In this document: positions 30,401 through 42,841 of the stretch, piece by piece
Layout: the number at the start of each line of letters is the position of its first letter
How positions within the stretch are numbered: the first letter of the stretch is position 1
From: Eledone cirrhosa
Taxonomy: Eukaryota
Reading direction: 5' to 3'
DNA length: 64,000 nucleotides
NCBI GenBank assembly: GCA_964016885.1
Contig: OZ024740.1
Location: 401,512,001-401,576,000, forward strand
The notes under the pieces: model-generated
The model's database searches: none
Seen by the model: the letters and a program-made list of their open reading frames with translations, nothing else
What the model was told of the DNA's origin: nothing
Made by a program: the position numbers and the translations under genes

Positions 30401-30959
30401 AAATTATAAATGCAAAGAAAGAATTGACAAAAATATATCTATTTACTCCTCAAAGTCCAGACGACTGTTTCGTCGACTGGCCTACAGCTATCATGCACCG
30501 GAAAGTTGCACCAGTTCTGTAAGGCTCTCGGCTCTTCAAGAGATGCCTCAAATTATTGGACTACTTCCTGACCTGACCCCTACAAGTGAATCATTCTCTG
30601 GAGAAATTATAACGTGCTATAGCGGTCACAGAAGAGAGGTAAATGCTGGACGTTCGGCGAGTACCACATTTGTTAAAAAAAGCAACCAGCACCCTCCTGT
30701 TTAACTCTACTATAATGGTGTTGGGACAAAATGGTAATAAGATACACACACAGATACATACGTATATGTGTGTGTGGTGTCCCGACTTGACCAGTTTTGC
30801 TTAATGACCGAGAGAATTAAAATAATCATTTAATCAGAGCTATCTATCAAATTATATATATATATTGTTATACTTTGGGAGGGTCATGTTGCCAAATTCA
30901 GAAACGAAATATATATATATATATATATTTATGTTTGTATGCTATACAAACATATATAT

Positions 30960-31003
<44 letters not shown>

Positions 31004-31008
<5 letters not shown>

Positions 31009-31484
31009 AACAAGAATGACCCCGACGGCAGAGCTCAAGCCGTTCTGACGGCTATTTCTGGACTAAGTTAGAATTTTTAGCCTGGTAAATAAATAGCCAA
31101 ACTTATCAAGGGGTACTTCCTTATATGGGAAGAGTGTAATTGTCAAGAGGATTGGTTAAAATTTGTTATAAAGACAAATAAATCTATCATGGCATTTGGT
31201 GAGAGTTAGGGGTGGCTGAACTTGCCGGTAGAACAAAGAGGGAGTGAAGAAAGCCAGTCAGGCGTTGAAAGTGAAATCTATACAGCAGATTCTAAGGAAG
31301 TACCCCTTGATAAGTTTGGCTATTTATTTACCAGGCTAAAAATTCTTACTTAGTCCAGAAATAGCCGTCGAAACAGCTTGAGCTCTGCCGTCGGGGTCAT
31401 ACTTGTTCCTATTACCCACTCTACTACACTAAGTATTGAGTACTTTGGTGCGTTATGGTCCATCTGTTTCTTTACCACAATTCC
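31004..31484 (+). mobile_element. Penelope-like inverted-repeat module (arms 31004-31123 / 31293-31412) with hammerhead
   Basis: 120-bp near-perfect inverted arms, ~70-nt tail shared with ~50760-50835, (TA)n on both sides. Confidence 0.8.
31302..31397 (+). ncRNA. Type I hammerhead ribozyme, U3:A8 core variant
   Basis: Stem I ACCCC/GGGGU; UUGAUAA; stem II GGCUAUUU/AAAUAGCC; GAAA; stem III CAGC..GCCG (CGGC in sister copies); GUC at 31390-31392. Confidence 0.75.
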
Positions 31485-31566
31485 TATATATATATATATA
31501 TATTAGAGAGTGAGGTTTTTTTTAAACAAAATGAAAAAGAACCGAGGTGTCCTACACGAGTGAAAG

Positions 31567-31687
31567 TATAAAGAAAAAAAGATGAAATCGAAAATGCAAC
31601 TGGAGTCTTATTTAAAAAAAAAATATATATATATATATTGTTTAAATAAGACTCCAGTTGCATTTTCGATTTCATCTTATTTTCTTT

Positions 31688-31690
<3 letters not shown>
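31567..31690. repeat. Fold-back, ~50-bp arms around an A/(TA)n spacer
   Basis: GATGAAATCGAAAATGCAACTGGAGTCTTATTTAAA and its exact reverse complement. Confidence 0.9.
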
Positions 31691-31720
<30 letters not shown>

Positions 31721-31750
31721 GTTTACATATATATACATATATATATATAT

Positions 31751-32065
31751 ATCATCATTATCATCATCATCGTTTTACGTCTGCTTTTCCCTGCTTGCAA
31801 GGGTGGGACGGGTCCTATTCAGCACAGCGTCTCTCCACTTGTCACGGTCCTTCGTCATCTCTACCGTGAGCTTCAGCGGTCTGAGGTATGCTCTCACCAC
31901 CTCCGCCCATATTTTTCGTTGTCTTCCTCTACTACGTCTTCCTTCAACTGGCATTTTTTGGTACTTCTTCACCCATCGATCACCCTCCATGCGCATCACA
32001 TGTCTCCTCTCCCACACACTACAATTTATCCCTCTCAGACGCAGTTTCTCTCTCAACAAATCCAT
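31751..32065 (-). mobile_element. RTE LINE 3' end with (GAT)n tail
   Basis: HVMRMEGDRWVKK..VEGRRSRGRQRKIW..DRDKWR. Confidence 0.85.
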
Positions 32066-33420
32066 ATATAAATAAAAACATGTATATATTTATATAGCAT
32101 TCTATGGCCTATCATAATATTTAAATGTAGTTTATTCTAAATACAAAGACTACATATTATTTCAAATTGAAATAAGAACGAAAGAAATACAAAATATTAA
32201 CACACGAGAATGTAAGTCTATGATTGTGTGTTCCTGCAAAACGATACATAATAGAATTCACATAAAGACTCGAAGAAATATACATATTTTTCGGACTATG
32301 TGAATATCTAGTTCATGTAAGTTTGGGTATGTCAAAAATGCTTCGATTCATTAACTTTTCAAAAATTTATGTTATTTTCGGTTTCTCGAGATAAAATTGT
32401 TCTAGATACCAGTTTTAAGATAATCTAATTAATTTATATCACCAATGAGAAGGCCATTTAGTCAGTTTCTTAGTTTGTTGTAAAGTGGAAACATTAATTT
32501 GAAATATGAGGTTTTAAAGCCTGCCTCTTTTAACCAGAGAGTAATTTACTATAAAGCTGAAGGTGTAATAATCACCATTAGATTACCAAAAGCGAGTATA
32601 AATTTCGAATTTAAAAAGACAGTTTCCAGATGTTACAGGCAGGGAATATCATGTATTTTTTACTTAAGTAGTAAATTAAATATTTATGTTTCTTTATTTT
32701 TAGTAGTAATATTTTATCAAAAATTTCCTAGATGTTGCTTTGACTTGAAAAGGCTGCTTATTTTTCATGAATATAACAATATTCTCTACTACAGAGATGA
32801 TTTGAATATCAATAGCAATATTGTTGCGTCAGATATTAATAGAAAATTAATAATACAATCCCTTTAATGCTGGTTTACGAAACACTGAATCGTACCAATA
32901 ATTCTAGCTTATTTTACATATAAGCAAAATCAATTTACGTGTTAGGGTGCAGAAATCAAAACATGCTGTTCTTTGCATGTGTGTGTGTGTGTATACATAT
33001 ATACAACAAGCTGATCAAGAACATTTCTGGAAGAATATTGGTAGCAGAATATTTAAACAATTGTCTATAAAAGTAAAACATTTAACAACTAGAATTGAAC
33101 AAAAATATATCATAGAGAGGAAAGAAAAGTGTAAAATGAAATATGTTCAGTTACATAACTAAATAAAAGGAAACAATTACTGGATAAAATATAATCGACT
33201 GGTCTCTCCAGCAACAATTGTAGTATAGCGCCTGAGTTACAAATCAATGTTGGGTGTGTTGTAAACTGAAAGCTTCCTCTTGAATCTAATCTTAAAGCCC
33301 GTTTCCTGTGTAAAATAATATATTTCTATTCAGTTGCTGTTACTTCTATAAAAGGAATGGATGTCACTCAGTCTTCTTCTTACACTTTTATGTTTGGGCT
33401 TAATTTAAACATTAATTCTT

Positions 33421-33515
33421 TATAATTGTTTCTACATTTGGCACAAGGCCAGCAATTACCCAGTGCATTACTGGTACTTTATTTTATCGACCCCGTATGG
33501 ATGAAAGGCAAATTT
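33421..33515 (-). mobile_element. SINE 3' half
   Basis: Reverse complement of the SINE body and tail. Confidence 0.8.
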
Positions 33516-34367
33516 ATACAGGAATATGCGTTTCTGCTAATCAACCCATCGAACACTGTAAACAGCCCAGATGAAATTCAATGACCGTAAGGATAACCTA
33601 CTGGTTAATAGAATATACTAGCGAAGGGTTATCATCTTTGGGCTGGCCTCCTAATATATCTGGTGAGAGCCTTCCACCAGAAAATCCATTTCACTTTTAA
33701 CTTTTAACAAGCATTGGCATGATATAATATAAGAGGCAAGAGGGAGCCCTGCATCCAAACATCAAATTAAAATCACACTGGTCCTGGTCAGAATGGGTAT
33801 CAAAGTGTAGATCATTGACATATGTCGGAGCCTCAATTGAAACCGTTGGGAACATAGAAAAACATTATTTCTTGTAAACACTGAATCTAAATAAAATTTC
33901 ACGTAACGTAATTCAAATTAAATTCAATTAATTTCAAATTTCTCATTCTGTGGATCTAACCCCAAAAGAACAAATCTCATTACATTTCATTGAAATTGAT
34001 ATTATAATTTACCATATTATTTGCTAATACTTAAATCATATATCCGGAAAATTAGGCAACAAAGAGCTTTTAATCTTGTTACAGTTTAACTAATTTATTG
34101 TCAGACAAATATGATTGTACAGTGAATGCGTTAGATCTCATTTATTCTTTTTTTAAAATTAAGTACAGTAGTTGAAACTGGCGAGTTTTTAGTTTCTTTC
34201 TTTTACGTTGTAATTTCATATCTCATCACAGTCAACTATCGGTGTATAAATGGATAAATAAATAATTAGATACATAGATAGATAGTTGATAGAAAGACAG
34301 TCTGTCATTTAGTTCAATTGAAAATAACTTTCAACCAAAATTTGGTAGCCTTGCATCAAATTACAAA

Positions 34368-34409
<42 letters not shown>

Positions 34410-35174
34410 CAAAATGTTATGAAGAAAGAGATTTAAAAAATAGTGTTATTCGGTTCATGACCATATTTTGTATGAAAGAGAAAAGAGAAGTTGAACGTAT
34501 CGGAATTTAGACCCTCATCAATAGAGCACAAGACAGCTTAGAAAAAGAATCAGAAAAAATATGAAAAACTAGAAAATGTGTGTTGTTTTTTATATTGTGC
34601 ATGGATCACCGTATACACAGGTGGGCAGTTCTATAGTTCCTAAAGGTGTCTACTTGAGTCTGGTTGTATAAGCATTTTGTATGACCGTGGTTTGTCAGTG
34701 TATGTATCATGTATGAAAGAAAATCTGGGACAATAAATATCGTTAAAACGACATTCAACTTCAAGGTGGACTAGCTAATTTTGAAATAAACAAAAAGGCT
34801 GTTGTAGTTATCATGTCAACATAATAAAATGCCCAGAGAAAAATGCATGTATATATGTGCTGATGTGTGTCTTTATTAATAAGTGTGATTGTATTTCGTT
34901 GTATGTGTACAGTATCTAAATGTGTGTGAGAGTATTTCAGTATGAGCGCGTGGATGAGGAAGAGAGGTCGTTCATTAAGGCGATGGTGGATAGAGGTATT
35001 TAGATAAATAGATAGATATAGATATGTTTATCCCGTGTTCAATTGGGGTTAACCACAGTAAGTAAGGTACTCAATACATAGCAGAGTATAAATATTTAAT
35101 TCGGAGTAAAGCACCAGAACATCCCTGATGATTTCCTCCGAATGAAACAGTTCTAGTCCTGTAGAAGCCATTTT

Positions 35175-35257
<83 letters not shown>

Positions 35258-35323
35258 GAAGAGAGAAGAAACATTTAGATATAATTAGTAATAAAATGTA
35301 TCATACCTAAACTGCTTCTAGAT

Positions 35324-35413
35324 TCCTCGACTACGTAGTTTCGTGGCATAAACAAAAACAATATATCATAAAGATATAGAGTCCTTGCGAGGTCTGCCGA
35401 CTTATCAAGAGGA
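35324..35413 (-). ncRNA. Type I hammerhead ribozyme, U3:A8 variant (copy 1)
   Basis: Stem I UCCUC/GAGGA; UUGAUAA; stem II GU(C)GGCA/UGCCAC; GAAA; palindromic stem III ACUACGUAGU; GUC site. Confidence 0.85.
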
Positions 35414-35918
35414 TACCTCATTTTACTAGTCTCAAGAACGCGTCTACACGACGTGAGAAAGAATCCCAAAAGGCGGAGGGGGAGATAGTCACGCGATATA
35501 ACGGTCGAGAAACAGAGCTAAGCCTCTTATAACCCCGAAGAAAATACCACGGAGGCGGAGGGGGTATTTATATCGAGGCCGTAGAAGGGGTGGTGAAGGA
35601 GGCGAGAAGTATGAGTAATGGAAGCTTTCCAGCTGTCCCCACACTTCAAAGATTGCTCGACCAGAGGGAGTTATTAACAATATATTTAGAAACACACAGA
35701 TACATACGGACACACACATATATACATGAATGCATCCGCACCCAACTGTGAGTTAAGGGTGCCAACTTCACCGATGTTGCTCAATGAATGACTGGGACAG
35801 ACCAATCCAGTTGAACTAGACTGAACCAGTATCAGAGTTAAAAATACATTATGAAGAGAGAAGAAACATTTAGATATAATTAGTAATAAAATGTATCATA
35901 CCTAAACTGCTCCTAGAT

Positions 35919-36008
35919 TCCTCGACTACGTAGTTTCGTGGCATAAACAAAAACAATATATCATAAAGATATAGAGTCCTTGCGTGGTCTGCCGACTTAT
36001 CAAGAGGA
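35919..36008 (-). ncRNA. Type I hammerhead ribozyme, U3:A8 variant (copy 2)
   Basis: Same core and stems as copy 1. Confidence 0.85.
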
Positions 36009-36380
36009 TACCTCATTTTACTAGTCTTAAGAACGCGTCTACACGACGTGAGAAAGAATCCCAAAAGGCGGAGGGGGAATATATATATACATGTGTGTGT
36101 ATGTGTGCGTGAATACATACATGGCGTGAGTGTGTGTTTGAAAAAAGAAACGTGTTACATTCTATTTCTTCTCACATGATTTCTAACGCCCACTACAAAA
36201 CGACCGTAAGATGTCACTACAAAGCATATCTTTCTCAACATATATGTTTGAAACTTTATGTATTTTGTCACTGATGAAGTTCCAAGACAATACAATATTC
36301 TGGATAAAACAAATTTTACACTTTGCCAATTTCAAGAATATCAATGTTGTTGACGAGGCACTATCCGTGTTTTAGGAGAT

Positions 36381-36570
36381 AATAATTGTTTCTACTTTAG
36401 GCACAAGGCCAGCAATTACTCAGTACATTATGGTACGTTATTTTATCGACCCCGTAAGGATGAGAGGTAAAGTTAACCTCGACGGGATTTGAACTCAGAC
36501 CATAAAGGGACGTAACTATGCTAGAAAGCATGAAGTCCAACCCTCTATCGATACTGCCAATTCACCGCCC
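36381..36570 (-). mobile_element. tRNA-derived SINE with 14-bp TSD
   Basis: TSD TAGGAGATAATAAT at 36373-36386 and 36571-36584. Confidence 0.9.
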
Positions 36571-39326
36571 TAGGAGATAATAATAACCGTTTTAGGAGAT
36601 AATAATGAGAGTTACGTTGCACTCATGCATTAGCAATGATAGGAAAATAATTCAATCAGAGACTGGAAACATATCGCAATCTCAGTTCGCCCGGTCCCTA
36701 CCTCTTGTTATATGACACAGGATTTAAGCAACTGTGAGCATTGTTCAATATGGGAAATTGTTTTTGAGTTTCCACGTATGTATAGTTTTCTGAAACCTGG
36801 TGTGCATGCGTGTATTTTAAAATATTTTTTTTAAAATTTGCTTACGACTTACCTCTGTACGGAATGCGCAAATAACCCCAGAAGGTAGCACTATTTGAGT
36901 CCATATTATATATGATGACATAATTTGTCTTTAATATTTTCATCAGTTCTAACTTCAGTAAGAGACATATTTAGACAGGTTTATCCCCAGGCTACCATAG
37001 AATTTGATTTATTTAAAAACCTTCCTCTTACTCCATTTTGTTTATAGATAATTAAAGAAATACTTCTAAGTTTCATTTTTAATATAGATCTACTCATTAT
37101 TTATTACTTAATAACAATAACCACAAGTTACTCATTAATATTATATTATAAATTAAATATATATTTGTTTTTATTCTATAGGAGAAGTAACATTACTTAA
37201 TTATTTAGTTTGGCTTTGGGTATTTGCGCGTGTATATATGCGTTTGTCTGTGTGTATCATTGTACATTTACGAATGGGCATGCGTGTATATATGAAAGCA
37301 TATGTAAAATTTGTATGCGTCTTTAACGTTTGCACACCTTCTATTGTTTAATGTGTAACGGGAGTTTAGTTGAGCTACAGCTCTTGCCAACAACAAACCG
37401 AAATCAATAATTTAAAGACATATTCTGTACACAAGTTTCATTTTGGGAAATTTAACGATGTAAAGTTAATTAATTTCCACATCCAACTTAGTCTTTTAGA
37501 CCACAGCTTATATCCACGTTCATCCTTCTAATATATTTTCTATGTGAAATACTGGCCAATTGCATGCAGCAATAAACTGAAAGAATGTAAATCTCCTACA
37601 CTTGCAGCCAGGTGTACTTGTTTAGGTGAGATAAAAGTCTCGACAATGAATGCAGCGCAGTCGCATTAAGAGGATACACACAGTTGCCATCTCAGACGTC
37701 TATTTTACATCGAGTCAAATCGATATTCTGTATATTCTTATACAATATAAATACCAATTATATACTGGGTCATTTGGCTCGACAGAAGTTTTGCAAAGCT
37801 AGCTTTCTTTAAAAGAAAACCTAATATTGTAATTATTTAAATGATTAATTATTACCATAAAATAAACAGTAATGCTCCAAGAAACATATGGAGTGAACCA
37901 CTCTGATTTCTTCATAGGCTTGGAAAAGCTATGAACATCATTTTACAAATACGGCAGTACTTCTCATTAAAAGGAAGAAAAAAATAACCAATGCTTTATT
38001 TATCAGAAGCATGTGTGTTATATTGAATAAATCATTAAATCATTCGCAGTGAGAAATATTCCAGTAACTCTTCATGTCTGAAGAAATGTTAAAGTTAATT
38101 ACTTATTGATGGGATATAATCTCAACCTCAAAATGGATCGGCGTTTAAAAAGTGGAGAATGATCAATTCAATCCAAATGCGTGTATTATTATTACTTTCT
38201 TCAATCATAACTAGTAATATGGAAAAAAGTTGTCCTGAAATACATTTGCGTTGCTGGACAATATAAAGATATACAATCTATCGATCCATGATATCTGTAA
38301 ATGTGCCGCACTGAAGTTACGGCTTTATTATTAAAACCACATTATAGATTATATCAATTTAATTAGCTGTATATAAGAATATCTATCGAGGCTCAATTTC
38401 AAGGAATATGAGATATTTCGAAAATGAAATTATGGCAGAAATGACTGTATAGTTGAACGTTTCGCTTCACAGTTATGCAGGTTTAGGAACTTGGAGAAGT
38501 ATATTTTATTATAGCCTCGTGGATTTCTATTTAGGAGACGGACATTTCATGGAAAACCGTCGGAAGTGTTGTGGTGGTGACTATCGATGTTCTACTCTAG
38601 TAGACGTAACCCATTATCTGGTTCAATGCCACTAGCTAAATCATGAGTAACTTTACCGGGGTCGACATGAATACAAGCGTTTGGTCTAGACCTCCGGTTC
38701 TTATGAAGACTAAATTCCCCGTGCATCTTCAGACTAACACATGAAAATATAATTGAGAGCAAACGTTGGTTTTAAAAGTTTTATATAAAACCGTATACTC
38801 TATTTTAATTATACATTATATAAGTTTTCTAATTTACTAATTGATTAATCTTTATTTATGAATTACGTATTGAAAATATGATCAGATATAATTCAAGAAA
38901 TGTATGAGGAGAACTGGCGATGAATGACAAAAAAGAAAAGAAAAAGAACAAAAAGACTGAAATCGATAGTTCTAAGTTACGTGATCTGCATTTTCTGATT
39001 TTTGTTTTTGTTTTTTGTTTCTAAATGTGATAAACCAAAAACGTGCCTTAAGGTATAATTAGAAATAAAGTTCACTTGTTTAAGAGTGTGTTACTACTGC
39101 TTGTGAGAGTGTACGGATGGCGGTGGGTGTGTGTGTGTGTTCTATAAGTACATATGTGATTTCAAATACAAATTTTGAAACATTGAGCTATTTTAAAAAT
39201 CTTACTTACCACTAAGTGATTGAATTTGCAGAATACTAATCATTATATTTTCTTCTCTCGTAGTAAAACTTAATAAACTCATTCAGGCTTTATGCAAATC
39301 TCTTGTGTTCAACTATGATAACAGGT

Positions 39327-39475
39327 AATAATGGTTTCAGATTTAGGCAAAAGGGCAACAATTTTAGGGGAGGGAAAAGTCGATTAAATCTACATCAGTT
39401 CGTTGCTGGTACTTTATTTTATCGACCCCGAAAGGATGAAAGGCAAAGCTAACCTCGGCGGGATGCGAACTCAGA
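39327..39475 (-). mobile_element. SINE, 5'-truncated longer variant
   Basis: GGTACTTTATTTTATCGACCCCGAAAGGATGAAAGGCAAAG..CCTCGGCGGGAT.CGAACTCAGA. Confidence 0.8.
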
Positions 39476-39652
39476 TGACATGTAATTATGAAAATCTATA
39501 GTTGTATAAATAATCTTCAGTCGCCATACATATTTTGCTTGTCAGATGGCATGAGAAAAAAAACTTTAAAACAATTTCTTAGAACTTGAAAAATTTAAAA
39601 ATATTAAAAACTTCTCGAAAAAATTCAATATATTTATATATATATATATATG

Positions 39653-39773
<121 letters not shown>

Positions 39774-40138
39774 ATTACGCCCCTTTTTTTCTTTTTTCTT
39801 TTCACTTCATAAATCCTGTTTGTAAATAACATTATTCTTTCTGCACCATTTCATTAACATGTGCAACACCACCATTCTACACCAATACATATTATTATCA
39901 TTTGATAATAATGCATAAATTTGATAATGCATAAAAATGCTGAAACCGGTAATAGACAATTATTAAATATATAAATAAATAAATAAATGCCATTGTTAAT
40001 TAATAAATAAATCAAGTAATAACTTAACACTTCACACAAAGTAAAATATTTCGTTTTAATCATTTTCTAACCCAGAGAAAAGAGAGAAATAAATTTAAAG
40101 GGAAAAAATATATTTTTCTTCTTAATAATCGTCTTTGT

Positions 40139-40185
<47 letters not shown>

Positions 40186-40204
40186 CATACATACACACAT
40201 ATAT

Positions 40205-40267
<63 letters not shown>

Positions 40268-40272
<5 letters not shown>

Positions 40273-40412
40273 TTGAAAAAAAGGAAAAGAATGACTTCAC
40301 TTGTAGTGCTAAATAATTTGATTTAATTTTATAATATTATAATATTATAAAATTGAATTAAATTACTTATCACTACAAGTGAAGTCATTCTTTTCCCTTT
40401 TTTTCAAATATA
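40268..40412. repeat. ~145-bp near-perfect palindrome between (TA)n tracts
   Basis: GAAAAGAATGACTTCACTTGTAGTG / CACTACAAGTGAAGTCATTCTTTTC around centre ATAATATTATAATATTAT. Confidence 0.9.
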
Positions 40413-40441
40413 CCTAACTGTACTAAGGATCTCCAACATTT

Positions 40442-40536
<95 letters not shown>

Positions 40537-40538
40537 TA

Positions 40539-41142
40539 CGAGGTCTGTCGGAAAAGGTAGAGGTTTTAGGGTGCTGTGTGAGCTATGAGTGGGGTGGAGA
40601 TCGGTGGGTTCTTTCGACAGCTACTCAATTATAAGCCGTCTGCAGAAAACTCCACCAGAAGCCTTCAACGAGCAAGAGTGAGGCCAACGTTGAACGCGTG
40701 AGGCAGGTGGTGCGTGGTGATCATCGGCCCAATGTTTTACTGAGAGCAGCTGAGCTGGGTATGAACTGTAACAGCGTTTGGAAGGTTATCAGCAAAGATT
40801 TTGGCATGCAGAAGATCGCCGGGCTTTCCTGGCCGAGAAGAACATCGGTGTACTCGAACAACCTCCTTATTCACCTGATCATTCTTTGCGTGATATTTTT
40901 CTTTTCCCCAAGCTCAAAAGGGTCATCCAGGTAACCTTTTTGAAGGTGTGGAGGCCATCAAGAGGGCCATAACGAATGAGCTGAGGGGAATCTCACATGA
41001 ATCCTTCCAGCAGTGCATAGAAGCGTGGCAGAGAAGGACGGGAAAGTGCATGGCAACACTTTAAAGAGGAAACCATGTAGTTTGTTGTTTAGAATTGAAA
41101 TAAATTGTTTGTGACACCAGTCCCGTTACTTTTCAGACAGAA

Positions 41143-41146
<4 letters not shown>
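40539..41146 (+). mobile_element. Internally deleted mariner (Tc1/mariner) element
   Basis: TIRs CGAGGTCTGTCGGAAAAG / CTTTTCAGACAGAACTCA with TA flanks; QPPYSPDHSLRDIFLFPKLK matches the mariner YSPDLAP-D motif. Confidence 0.85.
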
Positions 41147-41177
<31 letters not shown>

Positions 41178-41516
41178 GTGTGTGATTTATGTGCATATAT
41201 GTGTGTGTGTGTGAGTGAGTGTGTGTATGAGTGAGTGTGTGTGTGAGTGTGTGAGTGTGTGTGTGTGTGTATGTTTGTATATATAAAAATAGTATACCCC
41301 TGCTTTTGTTTTACATATAGAAACATGTGCACAGGAGTATTTGCTAATATATTACGTGTGCTTATAATTATACACTTTTCAAACATAGGTTTCGTTTAAA
41401 TGATTTATAAGTAAGCTACATAAGTACAAAATGTTTATACACACATGTAACAAATATAAATTCTCAAGTTGACAGTTAAATAAGCAAACACACACACACG
41501 CACGCATACACACACA

Positions 41517-41601
<85 letters not shown>

Positions 41602-41638
41602 TTATATATATATGTAGATGTATATAAACATATATATG

Positions 41639-41685
<47 letters not shown>

Positions 41686-42039
41686 ACTTGCCACAATACA
41701 TATAAGTAGATAGGAACCTACATATCTACATATGTAGGCATTTGCACGTAATTTCTACCATCTTATCTATATCCATACACAATTATATATCAGTTTTTAA
41801 GTACAGTTACCTACGTAAACTACTTTAAAAATAAATCAAATATAAAAGAGTGGTTGTTAGAAAACGTCAGAATTAGCTTCAGTTGTTTTGAAGAATCCAA
41901 ATTGGTGGAAAAGCGGCTTTACAATCACATAGAACACAAATTCACGCACACACTAGCATATGTCTGTATGTATGTGTGTATGTATATATGTATGTATGTA
42001 TGGATGGATGGATGCATGGATGGATGGATGGATGGATGG

Positions 42040-42839
42040 ATGTTCTTCTGGTGTTATAAATTTACGATTTTTTTTCCAATAGAGGGAGAGTGTCGGTTTC
42101 TAACATAGATACAATACTCTCTCATTGGAATTTAAACAACATGGACTAGGTAGATATGTATGCATGTGTGTGCAGGTATGGATGTGCATATTTTGATTTA
42201 TATATGTACATGTGCATATGCTTTGTATCTGTACATGTGTACATGTGTACATGTGTAGATACTGAATTTTTGCAATGTTTTACATATTTTTACTGTTCTC
42301 TTAATGGATTGTATGTATGTATGTGTGTATGCATGTATGTATGTATGGATGTATGGATGGACATAGAAATAGTCGGGCTGGACAGCCCATTGCGCGGTTA
42401 AACCACTGGGAGTGAAGGACCCCTAGGCTTTGTCAGGGCATTCTTCTAGGAGAAGGCAATTCGGGAACTGGGATAACTCCGATATAAAACCTGCGGCTCA
42501 GTAGTTACCGATGATGTTGATCTCTTCTTTTCGGGTTATATCTACTGTCGCTCAGAGAATGCGATTGGCTCAGTGCACAGTCTTTCCTCACTTTAAAAAA
42601 TATCTTCACGCACAGGCATTGCACGGTAGAATTAATTAATAATTATTAATAATGGTATATCGAGCAATGGCCATACTCGATAATGAGGGGGCAGTCATCA
42701 TGTATGTATGTATGTATGTTCTTCTGGTTTTATTATTTCACAAATGTTTGCCAATAGAGAGAGAGTCGGTCTCTAACATAGATACAAGACACTCTCATTG
42801 GAATTTAAATAACATCAACAAGGTAGATATGTATGCATG
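42040..42839 (+). repeat. Diverged ~120-bp direct repeats (42040-42165, 42717-42839) bracketing the element at 42370
   Basis: GTTCTTCTGGT..CCAATAGAG..TCTAACATAGATACAA..CTCTCATTGGAATTTAAA..GGTAGATATGTATGCATG present twice. Confidence 0.8.
42370..42716 (+). mobile_element. Second copy of the RTE-related non-autonomous element
   Basis: Homologous to ~15060-15436; (ATGT)n tail. Confidence 0.6.
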
Positions 42840-42841
42840 AC

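Larger units (their letters stand above)
35253..36078 (-). mobile_element. Retrozyme-like / Penelope pLTR module: two 231-bp direct repeats 595 bp apart, each with a hammerhead
   Basis: 35253-35483 and 35848-36078 differ at only a few positions; flanked by TA-rich simple repeats. Confidence 0.82.
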
